This document shows, in pieces, positions 1-11,780 of a DNA stretch of 52,280 nucleotides. A program made the position numbers and the translations under genes. The stretch's first letter is position 1, and the number at the start of each line of letters is the position of its first letter. Source of the stretch: Bigelowiella natans CCMP2755 (Eukaryota > Protista > Cercozoa). The notes beneath the pieces are model-generated. The model searched no databases and was not told the origin of the DNA. It worked only from the letters and a program-made list of their open reading frames with translations. Where the stretch lies: positions 1-52,280 of the forward strand of contig ADNK01000623.1 of assembly GCA_000320545.1 (NCBI GenBank), written 5' to 3'.

Positions 1-34
<34 letters not shown>

Positions 35-52
35 CTTCTTCCGACACAAATC

Positions 53-83
<31 letters not shown>

Positions 84-93
84 TTTTTCCTAG

Positions 94-654
94 GTGCTAT
101 CTTGGCTTGTGGGTCCATGGATGGATCAGTGTCTTTGTGGGACGTAAGAAGGGTGCAGCAACCATCAGGGTGGGTTGCTTGCTCTACTACTTTGTACTAT
201 TATTAATGTTGTATCATCATCATCATCATCATCATCATCATTATCCCTACTGCTAAAAAACCATCCTCCTCCTCCTACTATCACAACATCACACAACAAA
301 AGTAGGAGTAGTAGCTTGTCGTCATAATCATGATATCTATCATTCATGATTACAGAATAATGAAACCTCTCAAGAGATACTATACCAAGAGTGCTCCGGT
401 GTCCTTTGTCCGTTTTACACCACGAAATCTTCTGCTTGCTGCCGGTAAGAAGGACTATACTGCTATACCTTAACTAAATAATCTATAATACGTTGTTTTG
501 AACGATGGATGATGACACAGAGGAGGGAGTCAAGATCATGATCATGGTGATGATCATGAGGAAGGGCGAGAGAGAACCTCATTTCTACTTGTTCACTCCT
601 AATCTTGATCTAGTACCGTGTACTGATTGTTTGGCATTGTCTATAATATAAATT

Positions 655-688
<34 letters not shown>

Positions 689-723
689 CACACACAGGTG
701 TGTATCGGGTGGATCATCGTTGA
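94..723 (+). CDS. TAF5: TFIID subunit 5 (WD40), last three exons; 5' part lies outside the window
   Basis: Exons 94-~168, ~356-444 and 698-723 read GAILACGSMDGSVSLWDV...MKPLKRYYTKSAPVSFVRFTPRNLLLAAG-VYRVDHR*. This matches the TAF5 C-terminal WD repeat and the TKS.PV....F..RNL.LAAG tail. GT-AG boundaries at 445 and 697. Confidence 0.85.
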
Positions 724-1522
724 GCTGCTGTTTCGAATTATTATTCGGATCATCGTTTTGTTAGTGGGAAGAATCCACTTCGTACCGTAAATGCATACAC
801 AAACATGAACAACACCTAAATATTGCCAGCTGCTGCTGCTGCATCATCGCGAGAGATAGATCAAATTAAAACGCCGCACAACGGTCCCTCTAGCCTGTGT
901 CGGTGAATTGAATCATTTAAAGTTTTAATAAGCGGTGAAGAACCCATTTCAAGGCTCGGTACTCTGGCATGCGCGCTATGCTAGTATGGTTCCCTTAGCT
1001 TTGGCAGCGCATCTGCTGCGGCTGACATGCTAGTAGGCTGGCTGCTACGGAGTAAATATGTGTACACGCGTAAATGTGTATGTATTGTTGTACATAGCCG
1101 CTGCATTGCACAGCTACATGTACAAGGATGACCATTGAACAAATTTAATTGATTGATTACATCCATCTTGTGCATAATAGCTAGTCACTATTGTTGTTAT
1201 TCCGATCTGCGAAAGAAACAACACGCGCTACGCTCGGAGTTTGCGCCTTCCTAGCTTCTCCTGCATTAGTTAAAAGCAGCTACTAGAGGGCATCGGGCAT
1301 AGGCATAGTGGTGCTTTAAAGCAGATTATATGCACTACTATACATGCGCTATGTGATATGTACCAACTGCTCGCTGATGCTATGTTGAAAATATAACAAC
1401 ATGCTATTAAGAACGTGGAAGCCTAGGAACGGTATTGACTGAACATGCCTAACACAAAGCATTAAGCGCTCTCTCTCTCTCTCTCCCTCTCTCTCTCTCT
1501 CCACCAAGGCAATATGTGGAGG

Positions 1523-1620
1523 AAACTAATGTGAACCTCCTTCGTTTGAGAGTAGTAGGTATATCTTAACAAAACTAATGTGAACCATCTTCGTTTGAGA
1601 GTAGTAGGTATATCTTAACA
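1523..1620. repeat. Tandem duplication, 49 bp x2
   Basis: aaactaatgtgaacc(tc/at)cttcgtttgagagtagtaggtatatcttaaca occurs twice head-to-tail. Confidence 0.9.
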
Positions 1621-1790
1621 ATAAGTCAGAGGTAGTAGGCTAATCGTTCTAAGAGGTCCACCGTGATCAAATATTCTGTTTGTAAGAAATGAGCATCTAA
1701 GAGTACAGCTGTCTCGATGATAATATTTAATGGTAATGCTCACGGTAAATGTTATCTCAAGTACTAATTGCGAAGTCATTTCACATGCCA

Positions 1791-2506
1791 TCATCCTGCT
1801 ATCATAATGTTTATTATTACCCCAAAAAGACGAGCAAGATGTCCTCGAAGACCAAGGCTGCTTAACCCTTGTTCCTTAGGCTGCTGCTGCTGTTTCAGTG
1901 GAGCTTCTTGCAATTGTTGTTGTTGTTGTTGTTGTTGTTCTTCTTCTTCTTCTTCTTCTTCTTCTTCTTCTGCTGGGATGATCGACTTGAGTCCGTGTTT
2001 GGAGATTCTACCTGAAATGTTATGGTGTTCAGAATGTGTCTTCTGTGGTTGATTAGAAATCTTGTACTGTAATGCCGCTTTTATGTAGAAACTTACCTTT
2101 CTGATGGTTGTTGTGAGAGCTACCGTGCTTTTCTTCTTGATTATTGTTGTTATAACCGTTCTGGCTTTGATGAATAAACTCATCGGAGAGACCGCCCTCA
2201 GTGAGACAAATCTGAACAAGCAGCACCAGATAAAGAGAATCATCAGCATTTTCGCTGTATGCATTCATTGAATTATCGTAAACGAATAGAGAGAGTAGTT
2301 TGTGTTACCATATCCATGAGATCATTGTCGTCAATTTCTTCCTTCTTGTTATCATTCACTTCTTCTTCCTTTGCTGACATATGTTGTTGTTGTTGTTGTT
2401 GTTGTTGGAGTGGAGACTTGATCAGTTGTCCAGGTACTACTGACGATGCTGGTAGCAGCTGCTGTTGTTTCTTACCGGGTACAGCAGTCATTACTGATGA
2501 TGATGG

Positions 2507-2539
<33 letters not shown>

Positions 2540-3736
2540 GGGACCAGGAACAACATTGATGCTTGCGAGAAGATCGGCCTCTGTCATCATATGTGCTGCT
2601 GCTGCTGCTGGTTGTGGTGGTGGTGGTGATGATGGTAGTATTTCACTATCCTTCGCACCAGCAACAATCTCTTGAGGAGGAGGACGATGATGATGATTTT
2701 TCCTACCCTTCTTTTGCGTTAATGATGCCGGCAATAATGATTTTCTGTCGTCTACGCTCTTCTTGTCCTTTCGTTTGTTTTGTATCCGTTGTTGGTGCTG
2801 GTGGTTTTGTTGATGATGGAGATCTTGATTGTTCGGATGTTGCTTCTTGCTGCTACTGATACCTTTCTTAGATTTACCACCAATTGCCTTTGCTCCTGCA
2901 GCAGCAATATTAGCTGGTGATGATGATGATAACAGCGATGAAGGTTGTGATCCAGCATCTTGAAGCAGCACTGAAATGAATAATCATAGAATGTAAAGGG
3001 AGGAGAATTCATCATCATCACTGAAGATAGTAATCATCATGTGTCGCCGTATGTATTACTACTAAAGTACAGCAAGACGCTTACGATGGAATCATCATTT
3101 TTACCTCTATTTTCTGCTTTTGAAGAAGCATTAGCAACAGCTGCAGCAGCAGCAGCATTATTATTTTTGGTCTTCTTCGTCTTTGTTCTTCCCTTATTTT
3201 TCGTGGGGGTCTTCAAGTTATTATTTTTTGCTTCTGTTGATCTCGTCGTTCTTATAGAGCTAGGTGCTGCGACCCTAACAACACTCGATATTCGTCCATC
3301 TCCTCCACGCTGCTGCTGCTGCTTTATCCTCTCTAGAATGAAGCTAGGAAGTGGAACTTCTTTCGCATCTGGGGGCACAAGAAACTCTGGCATTGCATAA
3401 CCACCTCCCGCACCCCATTTCACACCAACTCCATTACGATTCTTTTTCTTGCCAGCATCTTCTTTGGCTCTTTCAATACTGTTACCCTATTAGTTATTGC
3501 ATAAAAAATACCATCAACATTACAATCATGTCTGTAACATTCAGCAAGCGAAATTAAACTATCTTTTGCTGCTGCTGCTGCTGCTATTTTAATTATACTC
3601 GAGAGGGAACTGGGCTTTGACTCTTTCTATTCTTTCGATTGTAGTTTCGATTGTGGGAAGAAGAATTTCTTGTGGACGATGAAGAACCAGCTCGATCTCT
3701 CGCTCGTGCGGTCTCCCGCTTCTATGATACGTGTGT

Positions 3737-3777
<41 letters not shown>

Positions 3778-3807
3778 TAAACATGTTCACATATAAATAT
3801 TTTGTGT

Positions 3808-3899
<92 letters not shown>

Positions 3900-4317
3900 G
3901 GGATTGGTGTTTCCCCCCTTCCCTTCGGTTGAAGATCTAGTTGGAAAATAGATTTTACTCCACCTTAGGGACGGGTGTTCCATCTAATCGGCGGGGGTCT
4001 TCAAAGAGCCCATTCTATCAATTTCGATATGTACAATAAGTACAATAAGAAGATGTTAATATATCATTATTTGGTTCGGATCTATTTTAGATGCTAAGAT
4101 GAACGGCAAATAATAATCACAGGGAATCACAGGGAATTAAAACTAATAATCATCCTGCTCATTCTGACTTCTGTCCATCTGCGCACTTCTATGTCTTCCG
4201 TATTTTTTGCAAAATCCAATTCCGCAGACCTGAGCAGTAGTGGCAGTGAATAGCATACTAAATTAGGGAAAATCATGAGATCATAGATAATAAAAATAGA
4301 GAACACGTACACACACA

Positions 4318-4356
<39 letters not shown>

Positions 4357-4505
4357 CCACCAACAGCACTAGCACCGTGTTGTCAATATTGTTAAACTAC
4401 TACTACTTACATTCCAATGTTGTTCTCAACATTCTCTATATTGTTAAACTACTACTACTTACATTCCAATGTTGTTCTCAACATTCTCTCGTACCGATCC
4501 GTCAT
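1791..4505 (-). CDS. Multi-exon low-complexity protein with an Edc1/PNRC-like decapping-activator motif; 3' end uncertain (2273 or ~1790)
   Basis: Phase-consistent manual splicing gives MTDR-SAELDFAKNTEDIEVRRWTE-NGLFEDPRRLDGTPVPK-KRETARARDR...PSR-GNSIERAKEDAG...GGYAMPEFLVPPDAKEVPLPSFIL...-VLLQDAGSQP..., using ORFs 3037-3423 and 2273-2971. Confidence 0.55.
4387..4490. repeat. Tandem duplication, ~52 bp x2 (intronic)
   Basis: tattgttaaactactactacttacattccaatgttgttctcaacattctct occurs twice. Confidence 0.9.
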
Positions 4506-4941
4506 CACCCTCAACGAAGAATGGCACCAATTTTCTCCCCACTAGGCTGCGTAGCTGACTCTGATTTGATGTCATGACAAGGATCTCTAGTCCACTTTAT
4601 TGTGCTGCAAGAGTCTATGACAAAAAGAGTACGTCTGGGAGACGAGACAGGGGGGAGGAGGAAGGAGTCCAGTCAGTTGATAGATTATTTGTTGTTTGCT
4701 TTGTCGTCATACAAATACTCTCTTGCTTTAGCGAATAGCGACATCCATCGTGTTTATACGTCGTTGTATAAATATCCCGTGCTTTGGGTAATTACGACAA
4801 GGGGACAACCATTCAATCTAAATCTGGTTGTCGTAGACATTGAATACCGCAGCTGATGAGTTCCTTGAGCGCAGCATGAGCGTGTGATCTGGGAGGGGAT
4901 ACGGGGAAACAACGGCGAAGAAGTATCGGCACTGCAGGCTC

Positions 4942-6121
4942 ATGATCGTCAGGGTAACAGCTAGTGTTGTGGTTTTCTATACCCTGTACAAGGCCTTGGT
5001 AACGGTTGTAGATCCTCCTCCTCCTCCTACTTCTCGGAAGGATGATAAACGTAAAAAAGTGCCTAAAAGAATAAAACAATCTCGCCAATCCAAGAGAACC
5101 AAGCAGGCCCCTTCGAAAAGACGTAATTGTAAACAGTAAAGCAGCAGAGCAGCATGCATGATACAAATGCGTTGTTGTTGTCTCATCATTCCATCGGATC
5201 ATTTAGGGTTGCAAAATGTACTCGGATGCCGTTGGAGTCATTCTTGTGTCTCAATCGAAGAAGAAGAAGAAGGTCGCTTTCTAAAGCGTAGTAGCAGTAA
5301 TGGCAGTAGTAATGAACCACCATGTACAGGAAAATTAGAATTTCAAACCGGAAGGATTAAGAAGAATATTTTGGTTGGATTCGGTGGGTATGGATATGAC
5401 ACTCAAAGGTGGTCATCATCACACCACACTGTAGTACCTAGAACTAGTACATCATCGTGTGCGTCGTGCGTGCTTACATTCATGTATGAACTCATCGCTA
5501 AATTAACCTCCTTTGATAATCCATTTATACCATTCTTCCGTTGTAACATTGCAGAAGCCAAAACGGTACTCGAGCCTCAGGAAGACTGAACGACGTCTTT
5601 GTTATTACTGCAGGTCATCATATTATTACCATCCTCATTATCGTCATCATCATCATATTTAATCGCCTTTATTTTTTCTACCTGCTCCATAAATGCTAAG
5701 TGAAAGATTAATAATGTTTCAGACATTGCAGTATAACCTAATTCATAAAGACTTTTTTTTAGAAGATGATAGGCGGCTATGGGTTCCCGTTGTCAATGTA
5801 ACCTCCTCATCAAAACCAACTCGAAGACAGGTACGTATAAAGAAGGTCCAGGGGAAAGAGGAGGAGGAGGAGTAAATTTTAAGATACTGAGCAGCGCCAA
5901 TATACATATAAACACACTTCGGAAAGTAGTAAAGGAGGTCAACAACATCACTTGTTACAAGAAATTAAAAGTAGGCACATCATAGCCAGCAGTAACAGCA
6001 TCAGCACCACTAAGCACTACCTATTATTCAGCATCACAGCTGTGTTCACGGCATGGATGGATCGTCAGTCCTTATTTTCGGGGGTAGGACCAATCCAAGG
6101 AAGGTCGTGCATCTTACTTCG

Positions 6122-6157
<36 letters not shown>

Positions 6158-7049
6158 ATTTACATTTATATTACATGCTTTAATCTTCTTCTCTCTCGTA
6201 TCAAGGTCATTTTTACTTTCTTTATTTAGTAGGCTATGCTTCATTATGATACCACTGTCAGCCTTATTCGTCGCCATCATCATATTGATCGCGAGCAGCA
6301 TGCATAAATATCACAAACTATTCATTCTATTCTATCATCAGGGTCTTAATGACGTATGGGTTTTGAGACTTAAAGAAGAAGGAGAGGTAATATCCCAACA
6401 TTGACACTACTTACCACCAACAGTCATCATCATAGTTACCAGTGCGAGGAGGAGGAGAAGCTCGAGCAGAGGGGGGTTGGCATGATAACAAAATCACTTT
6501 TTATTCTACTTGGTGTTTATCCAATTTTAGGAAAAAAGCTCAAACAGTAAGGAAGGGGAAGAGGAGTACCACTCAGTGAGTTACAACTGCGTTTGGGAAC
6601 AAAAGTCTTGTTCTTCAACACCGTCCCCCCGGTACTTACAAGTGTGGTGTATGGTGTGAATGACATCGTTTTGTGTAGCATCTTAGTAGACACACAGATG
6701 ATGATGATGATGGTGATGATATCAGACACCACGAATAACAATTCAACGACAAACAAGAAATGGTGTTATTTTCCACAACAACTCACTAATGTTTACTGCT
6801 ACTATTACTACTACTACTACTTCTACTACTACTACTACAACGACAACTAAGTGCTGGTGCTGGTACTACTTTGTTGGTTGGTCAGGTGGAGACATAGTGC
6901 TGTAAGAAGGAACACCCAAATGATAGTGTTTGGTGGCAGGTGCTGCTGCTTTAGAACAAAACAATAACTAAACAAAATAGAACAAGTCAGTATCATCATT
7001 GCCTTAGCTTAACGTATTTATTTTATATCATAAATTGTCAAACTGTACC

Positions 7050-7084
<35 letters not shown>

Positions 7085-7589
7085 AGTAGTAGTAGTAGCG
7101 GTACGTGTTGAGGAAAGTAGAAGGTACATATGTGTATACTTTTGTATCAAGATCTGGGTTGTTTCACTTAGCTTATTCTTCTCATGCTACTATTAATTTC
7201 AGAAACAAAGACAGATGTCTTGATGATCTCTTCGTATTAGATATCAAGACTTGGAAATGGTGTGGTGTTTCTTTTGCACTTTATATGCTGCATAAATATC
7301 TTCTGCACATTCTTTACATAATTGTGAGTTTACTTATACAGTGCTAATTCTTTGTGTGATTATTATTATGAATTTATGGTGCATTATTGAAGTGCAGAAT
7401 GTTAGTGGATAAATTTAGTTATTGCAGGGTTAGTGAGTAGCATTTGTCTTAATAGTGCAGCCTTAATGAAAAGCAGTAGTCTTAATAATGTTGGTGCTTT
7501 TGGCTGCTGCTCATGTTCACGAGTCATATCACTTGTTCGACGACGATGATCTGCATGATGATGATGATCCATCATCATCATCATGTAAT

Positions 7590-7621
<32 letters not shown>

Positions 7622-7817
7622 CTCACTGTTCTGATTGATCATTGTTGATAGGTCAATCCCTAAATGTTGTGGTGATAAACCGTCTCCAAGGCATTCGCAC
7701 AGCGCCGTTTTGACAAGTGATAAAAAATCTATGGTAGTATTTGGCGGGTACCATGGTGAAGGAGATTCATTTAATCCTAAGGACCGCACACTCTACACCC
7801 TAAATCTCAAAACCTGG

Positions 7818-7852
<35 letters not shown>

Positions 7853-9329
7853 AGTAACATTGTTCCGTAGAAACACTTTCTGTTACTACTGATTATCATC
7901 ACCTACAATCAGTTGTATTGATGTGCCGTTCTCTACTCTAGTCGCTGTCTTCATCATCATCGTTATTATAGTGCATGTGATGATATATTATAATTTGTTA
8001 TTATAATAGGTGCTGGAGCAAGATAAACCCTGCCGAATCACCAAAAATTGACGACGACAGAAGCAGTTGTATAAAGAATGTCAAATCCATGAATATGATG
8101 ATGGAAACGAAGGATGAGTTGGTCCTCCCACCGCCACTTTCATCACACACCTCCGTAGTTTTACAAAGGTGGTTATATAGTTTTAATATATAATGTAATA
8201 TTAGAATCCTGAGTTCTCAATTTTGTGGTTTCTTCTAAATAATGCGATGCGAGCGGTTGATTAAAACACAAACATATATGTTACATGGTTTAGCAGTAGT
8301 AGTTGTGGTAGTTTGAAAGATGATAATGTCAAATGCTGATTATAATGGTGGGAATAATGGATATACAGCACAATGCATTAATTAGATTATCGTGTAGTTG
8401 TACTGATACTGTGTTGATGAAATTCCTACTACTGCTACCACTACTCATACTCCTCCTCCTCCTCCTCCTCCTCCTACTACTACTACTATAGTTGAGCTCA
8501 TATTGATTGATTATAATAACTACGGTGCTGATATTATTCAGTGTTCACTTCACTACACAAATATGAGTAATTTTGTTATATTTGTTGTACTATTTACTGT
8601 GAAATAATAGTAAGTACTGCGCCTACTACTACTCGTTAATTTAATAGGTATATGCTGGTCGTTGGATCGTGTTATTATGTGCCCTTGGAATGCCACATCC
8701 CACGAAGTAACAAAGGTGCTGCTGGAGTTGTTCAACAATTGCTACTTTTAACCAAAATAAATAAATATAATATCGCTCCCCTCCTCCCTTGACTGTGTGG
8801 TCCTTAGATTGTATGAATTGGAGATCCGAGCATAAAGGTCTTGAATAATGATTCTGTTACTTATGACTCTGTAATATTATATGAATGTATATTATTATTC
8901 CAACATCATATAATATGTACATTATGTTGTGTACGTTATACGTGATGACGACTCATTGATTGATTACCAGGGATGCGGAACGTCATAGTCGCTTTCGATC
9001 TTCAAAGAAAAAAGTGGATCTTCCCAAAATGCACTTCTTCATCTGATGTTAAAGGAGAGAAGGGGAGTACATGTTTCAATAATGATGATAATCATCATAA
9101 TGACGACCGCTGTCAAAATATATTTGGTCCGCGTTTATTGATGCAGCATAGCCTTTCTGTTGAGTGTCATGATCCAGAGAAAGGCACTGCAGAGCTTTTA
9201 GTCGTCGGTGGAGGAGGCAATTGCTATTTTTTTGGGCCTCATTTCAACGAGCCTATGCGATTGCTTATCAATGGAACAAATTCAGCAAAACTAACGGTTA
9301 TTGTGAATGGGGCGGAAGGGTACATGTGA
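4942..9329 (+). CDS. Kelch beta-propeller protein resembling the C-terminal domain of TYW4/LCMT2 (PPM2); start uncertain
   Basis: Exon peptides RWSHSCV, ILVGFGGYG, RLNDVFVI, VLIFGGRTNP, LNDVWVL, WRHSAV...MIVFGGR, LDDLFVLDIKTWKW, PSPRHSHSAV...VVFGG. The terminal LLVVGGGGNCYFFGPHFN resembles LCMT2 GGGGNCFSFGTYFN. Stop at 9329. Confidence 0.75.
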
Positions 9330-9499
9330 AACACATTCCGTAGTTGTGCTTATATATCTGTACGTATCCAGATGTAAATTTGTGAGGAACTATATATAGA
9401 ACAATACACATGCATATCGTCGCTGGGACGCGCGAGCGCGCGCATGCATGTACTAATACCTTCCGCGATGTGCATCATTACGCGTAAGTGCGGATGTAC

Positions 9500-11400
9500 A
9501 ACAGTCGCGTAATGCGCCACTTTCATGCTGCACACGCGACATCAACTTCCACTTGCAAAAACGACATCAATCTGCACAGGAAAATGCTGCAACAAACTAC
9601 AATGAATGATTTCATGGAGGAATGGTTGCACGACACAACCAGAGCTGTGCATTTCAAACAACTCGGCTTCCTCTCCATGTCACCCATCACGTACAGCTAG
9701 ACAGGCATCACTAGATCAATGTGAAACTGCCAAGCTAGCAAGCATCGCCATCACCTGGATGAGAGCCATTTTTGGCGTTGGCAATCTCGGGTCTTTCGAT
9801 CGTGTGCGTTCTAGCGTTGTCTCGCGCGGACAGCGTGCGAAGAAAAAGACGCTACGTGCAATGTGTGTGGCAAATCTGGAAATTGAAGGACACGCGCGGA
9901 CCACTTCTAGACTTGTTCCAATGCCTCAGCCACGACGCTCATCAGCAACAACGCAAATTGCGCAACAAGTTGACAGACTGCCATGTTGTGGACCGCAGAG
10001 TCGACACCAAACGTTTGGCCAAGGCTCAAAGAGAAGATCGATCGCACTGCTGCGTGAGCTGCTCAACATGCGCTGAATGTGCGCAACAGCAGAAAATGTG
10101 CTCACTTGTTCACATGCATGCCAGCATGAAACACGTGACAATGGAAACATGCAAACAAACAGACACAACATGAGTGCTGTGGCCGCTGCCTTGCACAGCT
10201 GCACTGGGATGATCATTTGCAAAGACTTGATCAATTCATTGCATCCATCTCCACACCACACATCTCTAGATCTGCTAGACACACAAATGGCACTGCCAGA
10301 CCGGACTTGCGCCAGCTTGAAGATGACATGAATTGAATGACTGTTGCAACCATGAACACATGCCACGTGCTCAACACACACACTTCACGACATTTTGACA
10401 TCTTTTGCTAGCATCAGCAGGCGGCACATCTTTTGTCTCTGAAAGCATGCCAGCATGCACCAGGCGACTCAATGTCACTTGTTTGAACCAGTGAACCCCA
10501 AGTGCCTCGATCGTTGCCATCTTCTTGCTCTTGATTGAAGTTTCAAAAGTTTTTCCTTCTCTCAGTCGCCACCATGATGTGCACACTTTTTTGCACACAC
10601 AACAGCAAGCTCACGTGACACACCATGTCGGCATTTGCTTGCATCCTGAACACGACACTTGAGCACAAACTGTGAGCACCAGCGTTGCAGATTTTGCAGT
10701 TTCACATTGAATTGGAAAGGCATTTGCCACCCGAAAGGAATCCAAGATGGAGTCCGCACCAAAGACAGTGTGCAAGTGAGAATTCATCAAAGCATCATCG
10801 ACATTTTTTCATCTCTTTGTCTCTGCATCGCATCGATCGTCCAAGTTTGATGACCTTGACAGATGCAGCGTTGGCATTGATCCTTCGCCAGCAGCTGCAC
10901 TTTGACACAATTTTCAAATGCCAGCGATTCAAGATGCTCCATTGCTTGCTCTCCTAGCTGTTGCCCTGGCTTTCCTGATTTGCAAACTTCACGCGAGCAT
11001 CGATCCCGGCAACTCGGACCTTCATTGGGACCACGTGACAACAAGGCTTCCCGCTCTAGTTCACAAGACCCAAGATGAATGTGTCACCATCCACAACCCT
11101 GGCTCCCTTGCCCCCAAAGATTTTTTTTTCCCGCACTGCTTTTGCATTCATCGGAGGATGGGTCATGCCTCGAAACCCCCTCCCGATCACCAAACCAACC
11201 AGAGTTCCACCAAAAAATCCAAGAGCAACCAACCTCTGGTTTCAGTTTCGTGAGAATTTTTGAGGAGGAGGTTTCAAACAAGCTGACATTTTCTCCAGCA
11301 CCATCGGTTGAGAAAGCTTGTTTTTCAGACAAAGACTGTTTCAATGAGGCTGACATCCATCCAAGAAGCAAGTGTGTTGAATTCTGTGGAGAGCGAACTT
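9500..11400. other. TpA-depleted island; remaining TA almost only inside CTAG
   Basis: Manual count: only 6 TA dinucleotides in 9855-11399, all within CTAG (9907, 10266, 10275, 10408, 10954, 11056). TG and CA are abundant and CpG is retained. Confidence 0.95.
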
Positions 11401-11640
11401 ACAACATCGACATGTAGAAAAGATTGTCGCCATTGAAATGAGCACTGCAACTCCCTAACATCGAGGAGGAGCACGCAACAATCAACAATAGAGCACTTGT
11501 CGCATGTGTCATCAGAAAGGAGGAGGAGAAAGCCGATATGATATTTTCAACCAGAAACAATAAATCGTAGGAGGACTCGCCAATAAATCCAGACATCCTC
11601 TCCTCATCTCACCCTCCAAAGACTCTTAGTTTGTTCCATA
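10420..11640 (-). pseudogene. Decayed staphylococcal-nuclease (SNase/thermonuclease, LCL3-like) gene with an N-terminal TM segment
   Basis: Minus strand: LVALGFFGGTLVGLVIG (TM)...GARVVDGDTFIL..N*..MKVRVAGIDA [frameshift ~10990] EVCKSGKPGQQLGEQAMEHLESLAFENCVKVQLLAKDQCQRCICQ-VRTPSWIPFG...ELAVVCAKKCAHHGGD*EKEKLLKLQSRAR [frameshift] RGTWG...ESPGAC. The SNase motifs DGDT, R..GIDA.E, DQY.R, G.W and ESP..Y are recognisable. Outer boundaries approximate. Confidence 0.85.
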
Positions 11641-11780
11641 CGACATGAAGTAGAAGGCATTTATGTAGATCATAGGGCCCAATTAGCTTCTAATTCTATT
11701 GGAAAAAATACTACAAATAATTCTGAGACTCGTAATACACCAGCAGGACAACAGGCTGGAAGAAGAATCTTCGACTCACC

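Noticed and set aside
9500-11400. Classical RIP or CpG methylation decay as the cause of the TG/CA excess
   Set aside because: RIP creates TA, and 5mC decay depletes CpG. Here TA is lost and CpG is plentiful, and the telomere-derived variants show TA as the ancestral state.
11384-11402. 19-nt GT..AG segment on the minus strand resembling a nucleomorph-type tiny intron
   Set aside because: It is a single instance in a decayed region. The other introns I could model are tens to hundreds of nt long, and the telomere is the standard TTAGGG type.
9488-11417. Dense overlapping Cys/His-rich, Tyr-poor ORFs on both strands
   Set aside because: Loss of TA removes TAA, most TAG and Tyr codons, so ORFs are inflated. 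Only the broken minus-strand SNase reading has recognisable motifs.
11250-11620. Plus-strand reading (RIFEEEVSNKL...) as a decayed viral or transposon gene
   Set aside because: It has several stops and no motif, and lies antisense to the better-supported SNase pseudogene.
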